Shown here piece by piece: positions 27,501-36,500 of a DNA stretch of 64,000 nucleotides. The translations under genes and the position numbers were made by a program. The notes under the pieces were generated by a model. It did not search any database. It was not told the DNA's origin and saw nothing but the letters and a program-made list of their open reading frames with translations. The stretch's first letter is position 1. The number at the start of each line of letters is the position of its first letter. Source of the DNA: Nannocystis sp. SCPEA4 (GTDB lineage: Bacteria > Myxococcota_A > Polyangia > Nannocystales > Nannocystaceae); assembly GCF_026626685.1 (NCBI RefSeq), contig NZ_JAPNJX010000021.1:169329-233328 (forward strand), given 5' to 3'.

Positions 27501-30500
27501 GCTGATCGAGGACGTCGATGTGTCTCGCACCGTCGGCTGGTTCACGTCGATGTTTCCGGTGTGGCTGACGGTTCCGGGGACCGACGATCCTGCGGCGCTG
27601 CTGAAGCGGGTCAAGGAACAGCTTCGATCGGTGCCGAACCGGGGCTTCGGATACGGCTGGCTGCGGTACGCGCACCCGGACGAGGCGGTGCGCGCCGCCC
27701 TCTCGGTGGAGCCGCCGGTGGTGTTCAATTACCTCGGGCAATTCGACATGGAGGCGCAGGGCCGGGGAATGCTCGGACCGGCGGCGGAGTCGGCGGGGAG
27801 GACCACGAGCTCGCGGATGGAGCTGTGGCACGCGCTGGCGGTGAACGGCGGCGTGTGGCAAGGACGACTGCGGTTCGAATGGACGTACAGCTCGGCGACC
27901 CACGACGGCGCGACGGTGGAGCGGCTCGCAGCTCGGTTCGTCGCCTCGCTGCGGCGACTCATCGCTCACTGCACGTCGAGCGAGGCGTTCGGCTACACGC
28001 CCTCGGACTTCCCGCTGGCTCGGCTCGGGCAGCAGGCCCTGGATGGGCTGTTCGCGGCCGCGCGCGACGTGGAGAGCGTCTACCCGCTCTCGCCGCTGCA
28101 GGCGGGGCTGTTGTTCCACGCCCTGAACGAGCCGGAGTCGCCGACCTACACCGTCCAGCTCGCGCTGCAGCTGGGAGGCGACGTCGACGCCGCGGCGCTC
28201 GAGAGCGCGTGGAAGACCGTGCTCGCGCGCCATGCGGTGTATCGGACGTCTTTCTTGTGGCAGGGCGTCCCGGAGCCGCTGCAGGTGGTGCGGCGGAGCG
28301 TCGCCTTCGCGATGCCGACGCACGACTGGTCCGCGCTGGACGCGGTCGAGGCGGAGGCGCGGTGGGAGGCCCTGCGGCGCGAGGAACGGGCGGCCGGCTT
28401 CGATTTCGGGCGGGCCCCGCTGGCGCGGGTCGTGCTCGTGCGCATGCCCGGAGGCCGGACGTGGATGCTGAAGACGACGCATCACATCCTGGCCGACGGC
28501 TGGTCGATGCCGGTCGTGCTCGGAGAGCTGCAGGCCGCCTATGCTGCGCACCGGGGCGGGCGCCGGCTCGCGCTGCCGGAGCCGGTGGCCTACGAGAGGT
28601 ACATCGCCTGGCTCGCGACGCGAGATCACAGGGCGTCGTCGGCGTTCTTCGCCGATTACCTGGCCGGCGTCGCGGAGCCGACGCGGCTGCCGTTCTCGCC
28701 GCCCACGGAGGCGACGCGGGAGCACGCGCAGCGTGACACCTCGCTGACCGCGGTCGAGACCGAGGCGGTCACGGCCTTCGCCCGGCGGCACGGGCTGACC
28801 TTGAACACGGTGGTGCAAGGGGCGCTCGCGCAGCTGCTCGGCCGTATCACGGGGCGGACGGATGTCGTCTTCGGCATGACGACGGCAGGTCGCAGCGCAC
28901 CGATCCGCGGCATCGAGCGGATGGTGGGCCTGTTCATCAACACGCTGCCGCTGCGGGCCCGGTGGTCCGGCTCGGAGGGCGTGGTCGAATGGCTGCAGCG
29001 GCTGCAAGCCGAGCAGGTGGAGCTGCGCGTCCACGAGGCGACCCCGCTGTACGAGGTGCAGCGCGCGAGCGCGGTGGGTGGAGGCCGCGCGCTGTTCGAC
29101 ACGCTCCTCGTGTTCGAGAACTACCCGGTGGACGAAGCGGCGCAGCAGGCCGCGGTCCTGCCGATCGAGAACTTCCAGGCGTTCGAGCAGACGAGCTACC
29201 CGCTCGCCATCACGGTGGCGGCCGGGACGACCATCGACCTGCGCTGGATGTGGGAACCCGCAGCGCTTCGCGGCGAAGACGTCGAGCAGCTCTGGGGAAA
29301 TCTGCGGACCGTCCTCCTCGACATGGTCGCGCACCCGGACAGGCGCCTGGCGGAGCTCGGCCTGTTGACGGCGGCGGAGTTACGTCAGCTCGCGGCGTGG
29401 AACGACACGGCAGTGGCGTATCCCACGGCGAGGTGCATCCACGAGCTGTTCGAAGAGCAGGCCGCGCGGACACCGGACGCGGTGGCCCTGGTGTTCGGCG
29501 AAAAGCAGCTGACGTACCGCGAGCTCGACGAGCGCTCGAATCAGTTGGCCCATCACCTCCGCGGGCTGGGCGTCGGCCCGGAGGTGCTGGTCGGGCTGTG
29601 CGTCGAGCGCTCGCTCGAGATGCTCGTCGGGCTGCTGGCGATCCTCAAGGCGGGCGGGGCGTACGTGCCGCTCGACCCGAGCTATCCGCGCGAGCGCCTG
29701 GCCTTCATGCTGACGGACGCCCGGCCCGCCGTGCTGCTCACACAGGCACGACTGCAAGACGGCCTTCCGGCGCACGCGGTCGTGACCGTGCTCCTCGATG
29801 CGCCCGCGTGGCAGCACCTGCCGCGTACGTCCCCTGCCGTCCACGTCGGGCCGGATCACGCGATCTACGTCATCTACACGTCGGGCTCGACGGGGCGGCC
29901 CAAGGGCGTGCTCAACACCCATCGCGGGCTCTACAACCGCCTGCGCTGGATGCAGCGAGCCTACGAGCTCAACGCGAGCGACGCGATCTTGCAGAAGACG
30001 CCGCTGTCGTTCGACGTCTCGGGCTGGGAGCTGTGGTGGCCGCTGCTCGAGGGCGCCCGCATGGTGATCGCCGCGCCCGAGGGCCACAAGGATCCGCGCT
30101 ACCTCGCGGCCCTCATCGCGGCACGCGGCGTCACCGTGGCGCATTTCGTACCGTCGATGCTCGGCGTGTTCCTGGCCGCGACGGAGCCCCGGGAGCGCGC
30201 GTCGCTGCGCCACGTGTTCGCCAGTGGCGAGGCCTTGCCGGGGCACTTGCGGGAGGCCTGGTATGCGGGCAGCCGCGGCGCGCTCCACAACCTGTACGGC
30301 CCGACCGAAGCTGCGATCGACGTCACGAGCCACGCCTGCCGGCCCGAGGAGACGGGGGCGGTGCCGATCGGACGGCCGATCGACAATACGCGCACCTACG
30401 TGCTCGACGCTGCATTTCGCCCTGTCCCCGTCGGCGTCGCAGGAGAGCTGTATCTGGCGGGCGTGCAGCTCGCACGCGGCTACCTGAGCCGCCCCGGGCT

Positions 30501-33500
30501 GACAGCGGAGCGATTCGTGCCCGATCCGTTCGCGCCCGAGGCGGGCGCCCGCATGTATCGCACCGGCGACCTGGCGCGCTTTCGCGACGACGGCGCGCTC
30601 GAGTTCCTCGGCCGCATCGACCACCAGGTCAAGATCCGCGGCTTCCGCATCGAGCTCGGCGAAATCGAGGCCGCACTCGCGGCGCACCCGTCGGTGCGCG
30701 ACTGCGTGGTCGTGGCCCGGGAAGACGCGACCGGCGACAAGCGGCTGGTGGCCTACGTGGTCGGTGACGACGCCACCGCGAACGAGCTGCGAGCGTGGCT
30801 CGGCGCGAGGGTGCCGGAGTACATGGTCCCCTCGGCGTTCGTCTGCCTCGACGCGCTGCCGCTGAACCCCAACGGCAAGGTCGATCGCAAGGCCCTGCCC
30901 TCCCCCGAGGCGACCCGCGGCGCGGACGAGACATTCGTGGCACCGCGGACCGAGGTCGAGCGCGCCCTGGTGGCGATCTGGGAAGAGCTGCTCGAGGTTC
31001 GCCCCATCGGCATCGACGACGACTTCTTCGCGCTCGGCGGCCACTCGCTCCTCGCGGTGCGCGTCGTGTCGGCGGTGAAGGCGAGGCTCGGGCTCGGGCT
31101 GACTCTGGCCACCTTGCTGCAGCGACCGACGGTGGCCGCCCTGGCGGCGTTGCTCGCCGAGATCGAGACGCGACCGGCGCCCGTGGCCGCGCTCTCACCC
31201 TCCCCGCGCGGCGCGGCCGAGCCCGCGTACGACGGCCTCTCGGGGACCGAGCGGCGGATCTGGTTCGTCGACAAGCTCGCGCCCGAGGCGCGGTCGTACC
31301 AGGTCCCGCACGTGTTCGTCGTCCGCGGGACGCTCTCGGAGCCGGCGCTGCGCGAGAGCGTGAAGCGACTCGCGGAGCGGCAGGAGATCCTGCGCACCAC
31401 CTATCCCGAGATGGACGGCGTGCTGACGCGAAGGGTGGCGAACAGCGTGTCGATCCCGCTGCGCCTGGAGGACGTCTCGGCGCTGTCCCAATCGGCGCGA
31501 GAATTCGCCTTGCGCGCCCACCTGGAGGCCGAGATCGCGGTCCCCTTCGATCTCGGGACCGGACCGCTGACACGCGTGCTGGTCGTGCGCCTGGAGGCCG
31601 AGCACCATGTCGTGCTCGTCCTTCAGCACCACATCATCACCGACGAGTGGTCCAGCGGGGTGCTGCTGTCCGAACTCTCGCGCCTGTACGAGGCGTGCTG
31701 CCGCGGCGAAGCGGCAGCGTTGCCGGCGCTCTCCTACCAGTTCGCCGACCATGCACGGGCGGAGCAGGAAGCCCTCACGAGCGGCGGCTTCGCGGCGTCG
31801 CGGGCCTACTGGAAGGACAGGCTCGCGGGCGTCCCGCGGCTGGAGCTGCCCATCGTGCGCACCGCCCCGGGGCGCGGCCCCGAGGCGAGCGTCGCGCTTC
31901 GCGTCCCGCTGGAGGCGAGCCGCGCCTTGCAAGCGCTCGCGCGCGACCACGGATGCACGCCCTTCATGGCCTGGTATGCCGCCCTCACGGCGGTGCTGTC
32001 GCGCTACAGCGGCCAGACGGACTTCGGTCTCGGCGCGGTGATTGCCAACCGCGAGGCGCCGGGCACGGCCGATCTGCTGGGATTCTTCACGAACACGGTG
32101 GCGCTGCGGACCGACCTCTCGGGCGATCCGACGTTCGCCGAGCTGCTCGCGCGGGCGCGGCGGACTGCCCTCGATGCCTATGAGCACCAGGCGCTGCCGT
32201 TCGACGTCGTCGTGCAGGATCAGGGGCTGTCGCGGCAGGCCGGCGAGAATCCGCTGTTCGACGTGACCTTCTTCGAGGTGACGCCGCCGACGGCCGACAC
32301 CGCGGCCGGCTGGTCGCCGCTCCTCGGCGCAGTGCCCCAGGGCCTGGCGACCGCCAAGAACGCGCTGGCCGTGTCCGTGCAGCACGCGACGGAGGGGACC
32401 GTCGTGGAGGTCCTGTACGACACCACACGCGTCTCACGAACGGCGGCCGAGCGGCTGTGCGGACACCTGCGGACGCTGGTGACCGACGCGGCGGCGCACC
32501 CGAACAGGCGGGTGTCGCAGCTCGATCTGCTGACCGACGAGGAGACCGAGAAGCTCGCGGCGTGGAACGACACGCCGCGGACCGATCCTGCCGCCCGTTG
32601 CATTCACGAGCTGATCGCCGAGCAGGCGATCAGGGCACCGCAGGCCGTCGCGCTCGAGCAGGACGGGCAGCAGTTGAGCTACGGCGAATTCGAGGCGCAA
32701 GCCAACCGGCTCGCGCACCACCTGCGCGCGCTCGGCGTCGGGCCCGAGGTCCGCGTGGCCCTTTGTGTCGAGCGCTCCTTCGACATGGTCGTGGGTCTGG
32801 TCGCCATCCTGAAAGCGGGAGGCGCGTTCGTGCCGCTCGACCCGTCGTCTCCGCCGGACAGGCTCTCGCTGCTGCTGACCGAGGCGGAGGCGCCGGTCCT
32901 GCTGACGCACGCGGACGTCCGGCTCTCGGCCCCGGGCGTGGCGGTGGTGCGGCTCGACGTCGATGCGGCGCAGTGGGCGTCGCTGCCCATCACCCCGCCC
33001 GAGAGCGGCGTGATGCCCGAGCACGCGAACTACGTCGTGTTCACCTCGGGTTCGACCGGCAAGCCCAAGCCCGTGATCAATGAGCATCGAGGACTCGCCG
33101 CCCGCGTGGCGTTCCAGCGCCAGCACATCCCCGTCCATCCCGGCGATCGCATCCTCTTCAGCGCCGCGATCGCCTTCGACGGCGCGATCGTCGACTGGAT
33201 GCTCTCGCTGTGCAACGGCGCCACCTGCGTGTTGCCCAGCAACGCCCACGACGCCGTCGAGGGCATCGCCGAGTGCCTCGAACACCGCGCCATCACGTTC
33301 TCCTTCATCCCCCCCGCGATGTTGCGCGTGCTCCGCTGCCGCGCGCCGGCGCTGCGCCACATCACCCTCGCCGGCGACAAGACGCCACCATCCCTTGTGG
33401 CTCAGTGGGCCGAGGGCCGCCGGGTCCTCAACTCCTATGGCCCCACCGAGTTCAGCATCTTCGCCGCGCAGGCCTGGTTCGATCCGTCGCGCCCGGAGAG

Positions 33501-36500
33501 GTTCTCGATCGGCCGGCCCGTGCATGGCGTTCGCCTCTACCTGCTCGACGCCGCGAAGCGGCAGGTCCCGATCGGCATGCCCGGTGAGATCCACCTCGCC
33601 GGGGTCGGCCTCGCGCGGGGTTATTTGCATCGTCCCGCCATGACGGCCGAGCGGTTCGTGCCGGATCCGTTCGCGAAGGAGCCGGGCGCCCGCATGTATT
33701 GCACCGGCGATCTCGCGCGCTGGAACGAGGACGGCGAGCTCGAGTTCCTCGGGCGCGTCGATCATCAGGTCAAGATCCGCGGCTTCCGGGTCGAGCTCGG
33801 CGAGGTCGAGGCGGCCCTCTCGTCGCACGCCGCGGTGGCGTCGTGCGTCGTCGTCGCGCGAGAGGATACGCCGGGGAGCCCGCGCCTCGTCGCCTATGTG
33901 GTGGCCAGGGACAGCGCGCTCGCGGCGACCGTGCTGCGCGAGCACCTGCGAAGCGACCTGCCCGACTACATGCTCCCGTCGGCGTTCGTCTTCCTCGACG
34001 CGCTGCCGCTGTCCGCCAACGGCAAGGTCGATCGCAAGGCCCTGCCCTCCCCCGAGGCGACCCGCGGCGCGGACGAGACATTCATGGCGCCCCGGACCGA
34101 GGTCGAGCGCGCCCTCGTGGCGATCTGGGAAGAGCTGCTCGAGGTCCGGCCCATCGGCATCGACGACGATTTCTTCGCGCTCGGCGGCCACTCGCTCCTG
34201 GCGGTGCGCGTCGCGTCTGCGGTGAAGACGAGGCTCGGGCTCGGGCTGACTCTGGCCACATTGCTGCAGCGGCCGACGGTGGCGGCCCTGGCGGCGTTGC
34301 TGGCCGAGACGGAGACGCGACCGACATCCGCGCTCTCTCCCTCCCCGCGCGGCGCGGCCGAGCCGGCGTACGACGGTCTCTCGGGGACCGAGCGGCGGAT
34401 CTGGTTCGTCGACAAGCTCGCGCCCGAGGCGCGGTCGTACCAGGTCCCCCACGTGTTCGTCGTCCGCGGCGCGCTCTCGGAGCCGGCGCTGCGCCAGAGC
34501 GTGAAGCAGCTCGCGGAGCGACAGGAGATCCTGCGCACCACCTATCCCGAGGTCGACGGCGTGTTGACGCGAAGGGTGGCAGACAGCGTGTCGATCCCGC
34601 TGCGCGTGGAGGACGTCTCGGCGCTGTCCGAATCGGCGCGGGAAGCCGCCTTGCGCGCCCACCTGGAGGCCGAAATCGCGGCCCGCTTCGATCTCGCGAC
34701 CGGACCGCTGACGCGCGTGCTGGTCGTGAGTCTGGAGGCCGAGCACCATGTCGTGCTCGTCCTCCAACACCACATCATCACCGACGAGTGGTCCAGCGGC
34801 GTGCTGCTGTCCGAGCTCTCGCGCCTGTACGAGGCGTGCTGCCGCGGCGAAGCGGCAGCGTTGCCGGCGCTCTCCTACCAGTTCGCCGACCATGCGCGGG
34901 CCGAGCAGGAGGCGCTCACGACCGGCGGCTTCGCGGCATCGCGGGCCTACTGGAAGGACAAGCTCGCGAGCGTGCCCCGGCTGGAGCTGCCCATCGTTCG
35001 TGCCGCTGCGGCGCGCGGCCCCGGCGTCGAGGCGAGCGTCGCGCTTCGCGTCCCGCTGGAGGCGAGCCGCGGGCTGCAGGCGCTCGCGCGCGCCCACGGA
35101 TGCACGCCCTTCATGGCCTGGTATGCCGCCCTCACGGCGGTGCTGTCGCGCTACAGCGGCCAGACGGACTTCGGGATCGGTGCCGTGATTGCCAACCGCG
35201 AGGTGCCGGGCACGGCCGAATTGCTGGGGTTCTTCACGAACACGGTGGTGCTGCGGACCGACCTCTCGGGCGATCCGACGTTCGCCGAGCTGCTCGCGCG
35301 GGCGCGGCGGACGGCGCTGGAGACCTATGAGCACCAGGCGCTGCCGTTCGACGTCGTCGTGCAGGATCAGGGGCTGTCGCGGCAGGCCGGCGAGAATCCG
35401 CTGTTCGACGTGACCTTCTTCGAGGTGACGCCGCCGACGACCGGCGCCGCGTCCGGCTGGTCACCGCTCCTCGACGGAGTGCCCACCGGCGTGGTGACCG
35501 CGAAGCAGGCGCTGGCGCTCGGCGTGCTGCATGACGCGGACGGGACCGAATTCTCCCTGACCTACGATACGACCCGCGTGGACGCCGGCGCGGTGGAGCG
35601 GCTCGGCAGGCACCTGCAGGTGTTGGTGCAGGACGGGGTGCTCCACCCGGACAGGCGCCTGTCGCAGCTGGACCTCCTGACGGAGGCGGAGCAGGCGAAG
35701 CTCGCGGCGTGGAACGACACGGCGGCAGCCTATCCCGCAGAGAGGTGCGTCCACGAGCTGTTCGAGGCGCAGGCCCGGCGGACGCCGGCCGCCGTGGCGC
35801 TGGTGTTCGGCGAACAGCAGCTGACCTATCAGGAGCTCGACGAGCGCTCGAACCAGCTGGCCCATCACCTGCGCGAGCTGGGCGTCGGCCCGGAGGTGCT
35901 GGTGGCGCTGTGCGTCGAGCGGTCGCTCGAGATGGTGGTGGGGCTGTTGGGGATCCTGAAGGCGGGCGGGGCCTACGTGCCGCTCGACCCGAGCTATCCG
36001 CAAGAGCGGCTGACATTCATGCTGACGGACGCGCGGCCGGCCGTGCTGCTCACGCAGGCGCGCCTGCGAGACAGCCTTCCGCCGCGCGAGGTCGTGACCG
36101 TGCACCTCGACGCGGGCGCGCCCGTGTGGCAGCAGCCGCGCACGTCCCCCGCAGTCGCCGTGGCGCCGGACCACGCGAGCTACGTGCTGTACACGTCGGG
36201 TTCGACGGGGCGGCCCAAGGGCGTCCAGATCCTGCACGCCGCGCTGACGAACCTGCTGCATGCCTTCGCCGAGCAGACGGCGATCGGGCCCCGGGACGCG
36301 CTGCTGGCCGTGACCTCGATGTCGTTCGACATCGCCGGGCTCGAGCTGTTCATGCCCCTGATCCGGGGGGCCTCGATCCACCTGGCGTCCCGCGACGACG
36401 CGAGCAACGGCGAAGCGCTGGTGCGCGCCCTCGATCGCGCGACGATGATGCAGGCGACGCCGGCGACCTGGCGCATGGTGCTGGACGCTGGCTGGACGGG